NCBI RefSeq assembly: GCF_001194135.2
Contig: NC_068981.1
Span: 142,118,733 to 142,182,732, forward strand
Origin: Octopus bimaculoides
Taxonomy: Eukaryota
Reading direction: 5' to 3'
DNA length: 64,000 nucleotides
The notes under the pieces are model-generated. The model was not told the origin of the DNA, searched no databases, and saw nothing but the letters and a program-made list of their open reading frames with translations. Positions 25,128 through 38,145 of this stretch are shown here, one piece after another; position 1 is the stretch's first letter, and the number at the start of each line of letters is the position of its first letter. The translations under genes were made by a program, and so were the position numbers.

Positions 25128-25409
25128 GTTTACATGATCCAAGTAACATAATAAATGTTTTCTCATCTACGCCAAACCTTAAAAATCATGTTGGATATAT
25201 AAATAAAATCAATGAAGCTACATAACTTTATATCGCTTATCAATCATTTAAATCAATAAACCTAATAAAAAGAGTTATACCTTAAATTTAATTAATAATT
25301 TTTCGCAGAATTAAAAAGAAAGTGTGATACATATACACACATGTGTGTGTTTGTGTGGGGGTGTGTGCTACATTATTCACTAGAGGAGAACCGAGTTTTT
25401 ATATATCTC

Positions 25410-26250
25410 ACTAATAATTTCCAACACCCATACAAGGATTTGCTTCCACCAGCTTGAAACATTTCCAACTTCTTAGTTATTTTTGTTTGTACCGGCAACA
25501 TCTACCTCCCTCCTTCCGTTTGTTACAAATCTACGAGCTTTAATCCCGACCTCGAATTACTTTCTCACATCCTGTTGTATAAAATCAGCCATTCCCTTAA
25601 GATTTTCTTTGCCCCTCACCTTCCAAAGACTCGTCCCAAATCGAAACGAATGCGTCATTTTTTTCCTCTCAGGCTGGTATGCCTGAACATGCTGCTTGCC
25701 ATCCACCAAGCCTAATCGATCAACCATCAACTATTACCGTGCACTGTGTCATGCACTTGTCTCCCAGATTCTGAATACCCTCCCCAACATCATCTTATAT
25801 ACTGTAATTCAGCTGCTTGAACACACCTTGTTTCGCAATCTTGGTTTTTCTAAAATTCTATCTCGAAACCGCCCCTTTGTTTCCAAACTTTAATCGTATC
25901 TCACATCTCTCAAACGGGACAAACATCTATGGAACACATCATCGGATTGGAATATTCAGTAAGGCATATCCTTATACACTCGACTTGAAAGCCCTTCTTA
26001 TTTTATCCTCTCATTTGTATGCTCAAAATCTTGACTATTACTATTGACCTTAATGCTTGGATGACATCATTCCACGGAGCATTGCTGGAATGTCCAGATA
26101 TGGAGCTGCACCCATTAATGCTTTCGTTCATCTCTCTTACTTATTCTGGTGGTCTCCAACTCATTGGCTCGAATGAGATCTGAAAACACAAAAAGCAACA
26201 CTTTACCCTCAACTCCAACAATCTATCCCGTGTGTGTGTGTGTGTGTGTG

Positions 26251-26291
<41 letters not shown>

Positions 26292-27340
26292 AGAGATAGC
26301 GGTAATAAGAAAGAGCGATGACAAAGAAATAAATAATTATTTTATGAACTTCATTAGCTAACTGCTGTTTCTGCTATAAGATATTGTAGACTCATTGCTG
26401 CGTGCCTGAATAACGCCTTATAGCTTCATCAAGGTTTACTCATATAGTTTACTCCTTGCTGGAAATATGCCGTCAAATGAGAAAGAATTTCTTTCTAACC
26501 AAATTTGAAGCTTTTGTGTATTTAACTCTCGAATTAAACACGTTTCAAATTTGTTTTTCTTTTCTTTTATACTAAACGAAACGAAGCACTATTTCATACT
26601 TTGTGGGAATCATCAGCGCAGTATTACTCTAGACAAATGTAAATCATAAGTTAAATTCAACCTTTTAGAAAGTTACAAATTAGAAGACAGAACGCTAAGC
26701 TGAAAATACACAGCACATATAACTACGTGGTTATTAAGCGTGTATACACTTCTGTTTACCATACACTACTTCTGCTTCACTCCCCCTCTCTCACCACAAA
26801 ACGTTATACATTACTGGACATGAGTCAAGATATTTTATGCTGTTATTCTAACCACTCTTTTATACCAACTAATTCTTTGCATTCTCGACCAATCCTTACT
26901 GATCTCAAACATCATCTCTGACATTCTCTCCCTATCTCCTGTCGTCTGCGTCGAATGCCTGTCATTTTTGTCTAACTTTTACTTTCCTTGTGGGTGCCAG
27001 TTATCGTTCCCCACAATCGAGCTTTCCAACTGCGACTCTTCTATTTTACCTGAAATGTATCTTGCAAACATTGCAAACTCTCTAGCAACCCCTAACAAAA
27101 TTTACTTCCCTCTCATTTGTAGAACTCACAAACCACTTACATTATCTTACGCAAGTTTCTCTCTGTGCGTTGATTAATAGTTCAGAGGCAATTTTTTCCT
27201 CTTTTACTGAGGTGAGAAAATTCTATAAATGTTCTCCTCACCAGTTCTCTCCCCTACTTTTTTCGAATACATATCGAAACTGTAGATTGTTTTATTCGTA
27301 GCGCCTTATCAACTCAACTCACTGAATATCTATAATAGTT
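25410..27340 (-). mobile_element. Old, heavily decayed LINE fragments, possibly RTE-clade endonuclease region
   Basis: Minus-strand fragments (…IRL-VDGKQ…QAYQP…DE) loosely resemble RTE APE motifs; many stops; interrupted by (TG)n. Confidence 0.35.
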
Positions 27341-27372
27341 TCCTTGGTCTTCTGAACTTTACGATATTTACA

Positions 27373-27433
<61 letters not shown>

Positions 27434-27885
27434 TATAATTTCTTACAATTGCACACACGCACATGCATACAAACATGCATATCCAAACTCGAATTCATCC
27501 ACAAACTGCTACACGCAGCAAGGACGACTAATATGGAAAGATATTTGACGATAAAATCAAGCCACATATTGAAATATAGAAATACATAATATACTCTAAA
27601 TCTGGAGATAAAATATATTACGTATGTAATTTTTTCAATTTGTGGCTTGTCTTTATTATTAAGTGTCTCTTCGTTTTAGCAGTTTTCATGTACAATTTTA
27701 TGTATTTAATCTGATTCTTATCTCTTTTATTGAGTTCTGCCTCCAATTTCTGTGCACAAAATGTATTTTCGATACAAATGCCAAATGTTTAAGCATAGTA
27801 GATATATACATAACACGCATACAAACACCCACACATATGACTAGGAGTAGTGTATGAGTCTTATTTCCGGTGACTGAGTAAAGAA

Positions 27886-27916
<31 letters not shown>

Positions 27917-29275
27917 GTATGTATGTGTGTGTATGTATGTATATATATATANNNNNNNNNNNNNNNNNNNNNNNNNNNNNNNNNNNNNNNNNNNNNNNNN
28001 NNNNNNNNNNNNNNNNNNNNNNNNNNNNNNNNNNNNNNNNNNNNNNNNNNNNNNNNNNNNNNNNNNNNNNNNNNNNNNNNNNNNNNNNNNNNNNNNNNNN
28101 NNNNNNNNNNNNNNNNNNNNNNNNNNNNNNNNNNNNNNNNNNNNNNNNNNNNNNNNNNNNNNNNNNNNNNNNNNNNNNNNNNNNNNNNNNNNNNNNNNNN
28201 NNNNNNNNNNNNNNNNNNNNNNNNNNNNATATATATATATATATATACATACGTAAGTATATGTATGCATGTGTGCTTTATTTGATCTAAAACCTAGCAT
28301 GTCTCACATTGTAACAAGGGCTGTAAATCAACATCCATCCCATAATATGTGTATATGTAGAAGTGTATGTGTACCTATAAGTATATATACTTGTATTAAC
28401 ATGTGTATGCATAGAAATTACATCTGCAATTTTCAATACGAAATCTGTCATTTTCCATGAATATATTTTATGTATGATACTAGTGAAAATTGAGTAATTT
28501 TCTGTATTTAGGTTTCCTTCCTTCCTTTCATTCTTTCTTCCTCTCTTTAATTCTGTCTCTCTTCTCTTTGCTACCAGCCCCGCTCTGTCTTCATCCATTT
28601 CTCTCATCAAATTTGTATCATGTGTAAGTTTGTATTCATGGTTGTTGTGCGTACGTCTGAGTCTTCTATCTGGAATATATTAACCAACTTTTCGTCGATT
28701 ACGCAGCGAGGAAGAGTATGGCCGTTTACACTTGAAGTGTACGTGTATTCTATTAACTACCATACTGGTCTCAAACATGCATAGATATAGCGAAGTAGTG
28801 TATTACCTAACTAAGAGTACCACTTTCACGTACGAATGGAAGGTTATTGTGATTAAATGTGTAGAGACCATGAAGGAAGGATGCAATGATTTCATAATAA
28901 TCAACAGATGTTATATATATATATATATANNNNNNNNNNNNNNNNNNNNNNNNNNNNNNNNNNNNNNNNNNNNNNNNNNNNNNNNNNNNNNNNNNNNNNN
29001 NNNNNNNNNNNNNNNNNNNNNNNNNNNNNNNNNNNNNNNNNNNNNNNNNNNNNNNNNNNNNNNNNNNNNNNNNNNNNNNNNNNNNNNNNNNNNNNNNNNN
29101 NNNNNNNNNNNNNNNNNNNNNNNNNNNNNNNNNNNNNNNNNNNNNNNNNNNNNNNNNNNNNNNNNNNNNNNNNNNNNNNNNNNNNNNNNNNNNNNNNNNN
29201 NNNNNNNNNNNNNNNNNNNNNNNNNNNNNNNNNNNNNNNNNNNNNNNNNNNNNNNNNNNNNNNNNNNNNNNNNNN

Positions 29276-29330
<55 letters not shown>

Positions 29331-29455
29331 TATACGCACGATTATGTGTGCGCCTGGACGTTTGAGTGTATATAGATATATATATTTATGCAAGTTTTAA
29401 GTTGTATGATTGCATGTGTTATTCGTATGCGTAACAATATATATAATATATAACG

Positions 29456-29490
<35 letters not shown>

Positions 29491-30654
29491 GTGTATATAT
29501 TTGTGTTTTAATACATGCATGTATATATTCTAATATATGTATAGGTATATTCGTATTCTAATATATAGATATATATATTTGTATTTTAATGCACACATAA
29601 ACACACACATATTATACACTCAGAAACTCATATATCAGGTTCACATACATGTCCGCAAATACAAATAGAATATAACCATCTGCTAGACTTGTATGTATGA
29701 CGTATTTAATCAATTACAAACTACCCAAAAGAAAAGATTTATTTGGCTAGTAATGGCCAGGAAACAAAAATAAATGTATCTCCTTCACTCTCTTTCCTCC
29801 ACTCTCTGTCTCACTCACTATTTCATTGCACACACACACACAAACATACGCGCGCACACGCACACACATATGTATATAATGTGAGTGTGTATAAATTCTG
29901 TCTCCATATGCCATTCTCAGTCTCATTATTTCTACTTCATGACCAGTAGAGCCAGACACATTTCTTCTTTCGAAGTCAGCGAACTTCATGTCAACATTGA
30001 TCGACCAATTTTTCATTCATTCTCAGAAAATGTGCCATACGTATAAATTGTGGTACATAGGTATGTAGGAATGAATGTATTCCGTGCGGGTATATATGTA
30101 TGTACGTGCATACGTATCTGTATCTGTATATATATATATATACACACACTTACATACGCACGACTATGTGTGCGCCTGGACGTTTAAGTATATAATATAT
30201 ATATACATATATACATGCAAGTTTTAGGTTGTATGATTGCTTGGATTATTCGTGTGCGTATATGTACAGATTTGTATGTGTATACGTAACTTTGAGAAAT
30301 AAGTGTGTATGCGCGCATATAACCTATCTGTATATATTTGTTCCAAGTTGTGGGCTACAGATTTGCTGAAATCTTGGTACGGATGCACACCTATTGAAGG
30401 AAGATCAGATATGCTATGCAACTTTTAAGCTCTATATTTGCTTTGTAATAGTTTTCTATTGTTTTTTTCTTTACTTTTTTTTTTGTTTGTTTGTTTGTCT
30501 ATAGCATATCTTGAGAGATATTCTATAATGTGTAGGTGAAACCATTCTGAAGCAATCAACATTCTTGAAGCAACTAACTGAAGATTAACAGTATGTTTCC
30601 CAAGGAATTTATCTGAAATACTGAATTTACGAAATTGCATTTATCTTGTGTTTC

Positions 30655-30859
30655 TGTCCGTGTGGCTACGACGAACGCTCTGCAGCTGCTAAAGATTTGA
30701 TTTAGTCTGACAGCATAACACTTTGGGCGAGTTACTTCTATTGCTCCAGGTAGGAGGCCAATGCTTTATGAACGAATTTGGTAGACACAAACTGAACGGA
30801 TAATTGTGTGTGTGTGTGTGTGTGAATGTGTGTGTGTGTTTGTGTGTGTGTGTGTGAGT

Positions 30860-30900
<41 letters not shown>
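30655..30900 (+). mobile_element. Degenerate family-A SINE head running into (TG)n
   Basis: gggcgagttacttcta…gaatttggtagacacaaactgaa aligns to the family-A head. Confidence 0.55.
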
Positions 30901-30905
<5 letters not shown>

Positions 30906-30979
30906 ACAATCGTGCCATTTCACCGCTTGGAAACCGTTCTGCAAAAGATGGATAGATGTAATAAGTACACACACACACA

Positions 30980-31021
<42 letters not shown>

Positions 31022-31431
31022 ATATTATTATGTGTGTGTGTGTGTGTGTGTTTTCTTGTAGGAAGGTATGTGTATATGACGGGTAGAAATGCAGGATTCA
31101 TTGAACTTCAGAGACCACATTTTGTAGTATTAGGATCTGAGTTCAAATCCCACCCACATACACTGTATGTTTCATAATTTCAATGTCACTTATTACGCAA
31201 ACACGTGTACCTGAAATTATATTAATAATAAAATCGTTGGCAGAATAATCAACTTTTTGTGCTAGCATACAATGTGTGTGGTGGTGGTGGGGTTCTTACT
31301 GTTGATGTGGCAACAGGAATGCTCATCGTTGAAACAGGCTCAAAACCATTTAATGTTTTAAATGTATTAGACACGATATTTTGGCAGTACGTTTGAATTG
31401 ATGCACGCACGAGTGCATACATACCACTGTA

Positions 31432-31468
<37 letters not shown>

Positions 31469-33380
31469 TTGCGTGTAACTATCTATGATTAAGTTAATGT
31501 GTTTTCATATTTTGTCGTGCATACATGTAAAAGTTAGTTAAAATATTTGTCATAAATATACTGAACATCCACACGTACGCACATACACACACATGTACTC
31601 ACGCACGTACACACACACACGCACACCCATTTATATTTATACACACACTATTCGAATCAATTTTCTAAGCTGGTGGTCTTCTTTACCCGAGCAAAACGCA
31701 TTTTCTCTGTGCTTTCGCTCATTTCTTACAAATCATTCTTGTCTCCCTCTTCTATTCCCCTCAATACCCCCATCTCACACGCCTCACATTTCTATCTACC
31801 TTTCTTTCTCTGTCTTTCTTTTTCGCTATTCTTCTTTCTCTTTTGTATATTTTTTACACCTTCTGCTTTACCACTCTATCTTTGTCTTCACCCCAGATAT
31901 CTACCTACCAATGTATAGCGCGTATGCTTGCTCAATAAATCAGTACGTACCTAAGTAAAAGAATATGTCAGCTTGTCACAACTCTCTCTTTCTCTCCCTC
32001 ATTTCGTCTCGGAGTGTTTTACACGTGCTAACAGCAACAAACTGTGAATGAAACAAATAACCAGATGGAACATATACTAATCTAATAAGGCAGTACAAAA
32101 CACATACATAAGAGGTCGCGCCTTTAACATGGCTACCCCTCTACATACAATCACACGTGTGTGATATATATCCGCACAACACACGAATTGTTCTCATCAT
32201 TTTGTCTGCCTTTAAACTCACTGCGAAGCTGTTATATCTTTATTACATACCATCATCACCCCCGTCCCGTTCATTCTTTACGGAATCAAATGAACTTGAC
32301 TGAGAAGAGGTTTTGGAGAATTTTGAAGATCTTTTTATTATCTCCATACTCTCCTGTTTGTTTGTTTGTCATCCCCCCTCTCTCTTTCCGTCCATATTTG
32401 TAGAATACTTTGTATTATTTGTCTGCCTGTCTACCTCTCCCTCTCTCAATAGATATTTCGCTTACTCATTCTCTTACTTTCTGCTCCCCTTCTCTCCCTT
32501 CATATTTAGAAACTTTAGCTCTCCTTTCTCTGTCTTTCTCTGCCACTCCTACATTTCTTTGATTTACTTTTTCTTTCATATTTCTTGAATCTTTAATTGT
32601 ATTTCTTACTTTGTCTCTCTCCTCTATCAGTCTCTTAAACCTTAGATCCCTTAACTCTCTCTCTTCTTTATCTGTCTCTCTATCCATGCTTTTCACCTCA
32701 TATCCTTATCTCCCTCCTTAATTTCTAATTATTTAGCTGGGTTTCTCAAGATGTTCGTCTCTCCCTTCATCCAGTTCTCTTAATTTTTTCCAGTATTTAC
32801 ACATACCACAGAGCGAAATAGATTGTTTTTCCATTAGGTGATGTGGATGTAATAAACATACATACTTGCATGCATACATACATACATACATACATGCATA
32901 CATACATACATACATACATACAGTCTAGTATGTATGCTAATGTCCAGACACAAATAGGTAATGCATGTATTTACACATGCGCATATACTTGCATGCATGC
33001 ATGATTATTTTATCTTGATAGTTGATAGCCTTCTTATTAACCAGTATTCAGTCAAACTGCTTGATGCTGTACGTTGATGTTGTACGAGGAGAATTTTAAA
33101 ACCAGCTGCTTATTTACAAATTGCACATCAAGCGCCACTAACAGATCTCATTTACTGTGTAGGATTAGTTGCATGTCTCCGTAGAATGATATATATGTGT
33201 GTTTGAGTGTCCCCGCAGTCTAGCGTTGCATTAACTCCCTTTGTTACGTACACTATACGTTAAGACTGATAAGAGGTTATCGCCCGTGGATAATTTCTGT
33301 GCTTGAGGTTCCATTGGAAATTATATAACCTGCTTTCGAAAGAAACACATATTTATAGGAATTTCTCTTCCAAATTTTAG

Positions 33381-33413
33381 GATAACAAACATGTGAAGAC
33401 TGGTTTCATTTAC
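33381..33413 (+). CDS. Candidate 33-nt symmetric micro-exon DNKHVKTGFIY
   Basis: Acceptor atttctcttccaaattttag, donor TAC|gtaagg; only the phase-0 frame is open. Confidence 0.3.
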
Positions 33414-33734
33414 GTAAGGCGCGTTTCATTTGTCCTCTCATAAGTGGTGCATATTTTCATAATGCAAAGGTCCCTAATTCACCACCAGCATTTTTCTGCC
33501 GGTTTCGTTTATCCTTCTGTTTTTAAGTTGCATTTTAAGCAGTTTTGTGTCCAATTCGGGCTTACGTGACACTTTCCAAATTTCACTTATCTGCCTGAGG
33601 AATCCTTCAAGTTTAGAAAATCATGGTTTCGCGACGGTAACACCGTTCTCTGGGGTTTGATAAAGAGTAAATTATAATCCAAATAGTAAGAAAACAAACA
33701 AAGTGTTAAATGATTTCTTAGCCTTCTTTTTATT

Positions 33735-34566
33735 TGGCGTGATCAATAAGTATCCAGCCTGCTGCTATACTAATGAGGCTAAAGCAGAGATTGACCTTGA
33801 CTTCTGCTATGCATGTACACTAGGTTTTAACGTTCTAGCTCACTTCCCCTGCTTACAGCCGTGCTTGGAAGTGACGTATGTGGCGTGTGTCCATCACATT
33901 GACAATGACAGAGAAAGTTGAGCAGAGCTCAAAAGCTTGGCAATACCTGCTTAGAGGCCTGTGCAGAGTTTTCAAAAAGGTTTTCATCATTCTCGGCACA
34001 ATGAAAGAAATTTTGTGCAAGTGAAACCTGAGTGTCTTTTTGGTCAGTTTGAAAGCAGTTTTGGCACAAACGTGGCAGACACGCGTCTCATACACATATC
34101 AAATCTTCAGTGATAACGGACTGAACTGAACCCGATCTAATCTGCACATCCTCTGATAACTCACGGATGGTGATTCGACGATTTTCTCTCATAGCTGCAC
34201 GTACATATGCGATGTTTTTTCTCAGTTCTGCCAGGACGTTCGTCACTATCGAGATTTTTCCCGCCATCTTGGAAATGTCTGAACCACTTGTGTGTAGCTC
34301 ACACACTCCTCTTCATACACTTTCTCCAACTTTGCGTAGGCATCTGAGCATGTATCGCCATGACAACCATCTTTGACTTGCTCGATGCGACGATCACACT
34401 TTACAGATGTTACTTCGAAGCACTGCTGTAAACAATGCACGTGAGCTAGAACGTTAACACTTAGGGCACATGCACAGCAGATGTCAAGGTCTATCTGTGC
34501 CAAGCGGTTTCACGCTACGTTCTTTAGCTTCATTACTATGTCCGGATACTTATTGATCATACCTTA
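33735..34566. mobile_element. Non-autonomous mariner made of two inverted 5' ends
   Basis: Both ends read gatcaataagtatcc inward. Minus arm encodes a decayed N-terminus (DTCSDAYAKLEKVY…RENRRITIRELSEDVQI…RRVSATFVPKLL); plus arm encodes MTEKVEQ-like residues. Confidence 0.85.
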
Positions 34567-37500
34567 TGTATATATATGTATATATATATATATATTGTTG
34601 TATTTTAGGACAGTCATTTTTTTTTCTTTGCCAAATAAACATAAGCACTATTTATGCGTTCTTCACTCATTTATTACTGTTCTTATTCTAACTCATGTCC
34701 ACTGTCCGGAAATCTTTTGTCACACATCTGCGACCTCTTCAGTGTCACTTTCCGTTTTCGTGTGTGCTCTTGCTATGCTTATGATATTCTGTTTTTCTCT
34801 GATGTGTATCGTTATATGCGCATGCGTCTGTGTTTGCTGTTGTCGTTGTTAGTCGTGTTGTTGATATCGTTGCGGCCGTTAGTGAAGTTACCGTATGTGT
34901 GTTTATGTGTGCACATGGGTTCTCGTCCTATGTTGTTTGTATCCGTGCCTTTTATACAGTTCTTTTATGTCTCTAATCCTTTCTTTTTTTAATGTTTAAC
35001 ATAGATAGAATATAACTATAAATATAACAAAAGAAAACAAAACCACAAAAATGAACACATGGTCTCCTAAATGCAGGAGTCCGACGTATATCTTGTAATA
35101 TATTAAAGAGGAAATTGACCGTGTTCAGGCATGCAGTAGCATGTGCTGTTATGTACAAACTGAAACAGGCATACCAAGGTTTAAGAATATTCTTCTTATC
35201 GTTAATGAGTTTTAATACAACAATATATGGTAAATTAATGAACAAGATTTAATGTGTTGTCGTGTACAAAATGTAATGCATGAATAATATACACATTGGT
35301 GTAGATAAATACGTAATCAGATTAAGAAATAGAACGGTGACTATTCTTACCTGTTTTCTGTTTGTGGTGGCTGAAATTTTATTTCACTAAAATCGTTAAT
35401 GACTTAAACATGAGCATGAATATCACACAAACTCATTCTCTTACTCGATCTCTCGTCTTCTCTATCTCTCAACACTGTCAAGCATACTTTTGCAGATGAA
35501 CATACACGCACACATACAGCGACATAGAATGAAAGATTATATTTATTCGCAGCTGAATTTGATCGAGTCGCTACTATACATTTCCGCTTCCGTTTCCTCG
35601 GGTGATGATTGGTTATATTTAGAGCTGAGATTTCTCAGTCATAAAACTGGACAAGATATACGCATTGCTCACATGTAAAACACCAATACCGATTTTGAAG
35701 CGAAGTTAATATAAATTTTTCTTGAATTTATCATTGGGTAACTATCTGTATTGAGATATTTTCGACACACGCAATTAATCACACAAACTACTTGCACTTT
35801 GATATTTACGAGAAAATGCAATGTTTCCAATAACACTGTAACATAAGCATATACCCACACACTAACAATAATGACACACATACACACACACAACTACCGT
35901 AAAACTCACCCTTCAAAATTCAGGAAAAGAACTAAGAACTCCCATTTGTACATATTCCAAAATTGATAGCACTACATACACATTCACAGATTCATCACTG
36001 CAAACACTGCTTTTAAGCCAATGATCAGCGCGTGCACACACGCACACAACAAGCACGTTGAGACACAGCATACACCCTCGCATTCATGCATATAACTTTT
36101 TAGCAACATGCAAATTATAGACAATACTGTAACATACATAACGAAAATTACGAAGCATACATTCACCCGTTCCCCTATGATACTTTTACGCAATAATCTT
36201 TATAATAGAATTAATGCACACACAGATACACACATCCGTACGCTTCGTAACAAAACATTTATAAACAATAATAATAGTCCATTCATTCTAGGTTCACAAT
36301 ATATTCACAAGCGCTGAAAGTGCTACACTCACACACGTCTTAATAGCACACGGGAATGCATACATACGCTTATACATACTCATGTACATTGACTCAATGT
36401 GATTTCCATGTTTCCTCGGAATACATGAAACCCTTTCAATTTGCTTTACTTTCAGTCGGTCTATCGGAACTAATTTTCAACATTCATTACTCGATATAGT
36501 CTACCAAACTTTAACTTTCTGATGAAGAGATTAAAATCAAAACGTCGCATACTTTCTAGTTTATTTTCTCTCGTCCATTTTGAAACTAATACTCACACTT
36601 TGTTTCCACTTTGTTTTTCTCGTTATATTCTTTCTTACCTTAGCACACACATAGACATATATATTTAAATGTGCAAATATTCGCGTATGAACGTTATGCA
36701 ACAAAACATTTCAAGCATTAAGTAAAAGTAAGAAAAATGCACTGTACGTATGTAAAATGTATAAAATATACCTTTACATAGCAAAAGTTGAAAATTTCAT
36801 CTATAGCTAAACTACATTGTGGTATCTCAGTTATTTGTTTTTACGCTCTAAATCTAAATCCTGTTCAGGTGTCTTGCAGATTACGTACATCTGGGATCCA
36901 TAAAAGTACGTACCAATCACGTACTAGAGTAATGTCATTGACTTTACACTTCCTCAAAACGTGGGGCTTTGTGTATATATTAGAAATCATTACATTTGAG
37001 TGTGTTGTCCTGAGTGTACGAAGTTTTATTAGCGGGGAAAACCAACAACAAGTGATAATTACTCTTTTACCCATTTTTATTTCAGTAATCAAATTGAGGC
37101 TATGTTAGGACATAACATCGGTTCTTCTTCTTATTTGGAAGTCTGGTATTGATTTTACCGGTTTCTAATTATTGCACCACTACATTATAGAACACAAACG
37201 CCGCAGTATCAAACTCAGAGACAGAAACTGAAGTCATAAAACCACACACATGAGCATACATATCAAATGGTTTCCATTTTCTTTTGTGTCAGTTTCGTTC
37301 GAACTGCATTACTTGACACGTGAGCATCTTTAGGGATTTTGGTGTAATCTAATGCAAATATTCAGGTAAGAGCTTTCATGCGATGATGTCATCTTAATTT
37401 CTTTTAAATCTACCCAATGTTAAGGGAGAAGACACTAGCTTATGGTACCTTCTATCCAAATTAATCAACACATGCTACACCTCCATTTTCTGACTCAAAA

Positions 37501-37879
37501 ATTTTGACTGTACGTGTACTATTATTGGCCTAACTACTTATTTTCTAAAAAAAATTATGAAGAAAATAGGGATTTCACACACGAATTCATCGATCCATGA
37601 AGCGTGAAACGAAAAATTTTACTCTTAATAAAATGAAAAAAACAAAGAAACAAAAATTGTGCAAGTAAGCAATGAATCATGTTAAGATCGCTCACACGCG
37701 CGTGTGTATTTTAGGGTAATACCTGAGCTAAAATATCTTGCTTCACATATACGAGTCGATTGATTTTCGCCTCTGGCACAACTCTACTTAAATTTATGTG
37801 TGTTCATCTTCATGCATTTACTCTGAAACCGGGAATTTTCATGAACAGAGAGAGATAGATAGATAGATAGATAGATTTG

Positions 37880-38003
37880 TTTATTGCCCACAAGGACCAA
37901 TATAGAGGGAACAAACAAGGACAGATAAAAGGATTAAGATGATTTCTTCGACACCAGTGCGTAACTGGTACTTATTTAGTCGACCCCGAAAGGATGAAAG
38001 GCA
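37880..38003 (-). mobile_element. Nin-SINE 3' half truncated by a gap, with (GATA)n tracts on both sides
   Basis: tgcctttcatcctttcggggtcgactaaataagtaccagttacgcactgg on minus. Confidence 0.85.
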
Positions 38004-38103
38004 NNNNNNNNNNNNNNNNNNNNNNNNNNNNNNNNNNNNNNNNNNNNNNNNNNNNNNNNNNNNNNNNNNNNNNNNNNNNNNNNNNNNNNNNNNNNNNNNN
38101 NNN

Positions 38104-38145
<42 letters not shown>

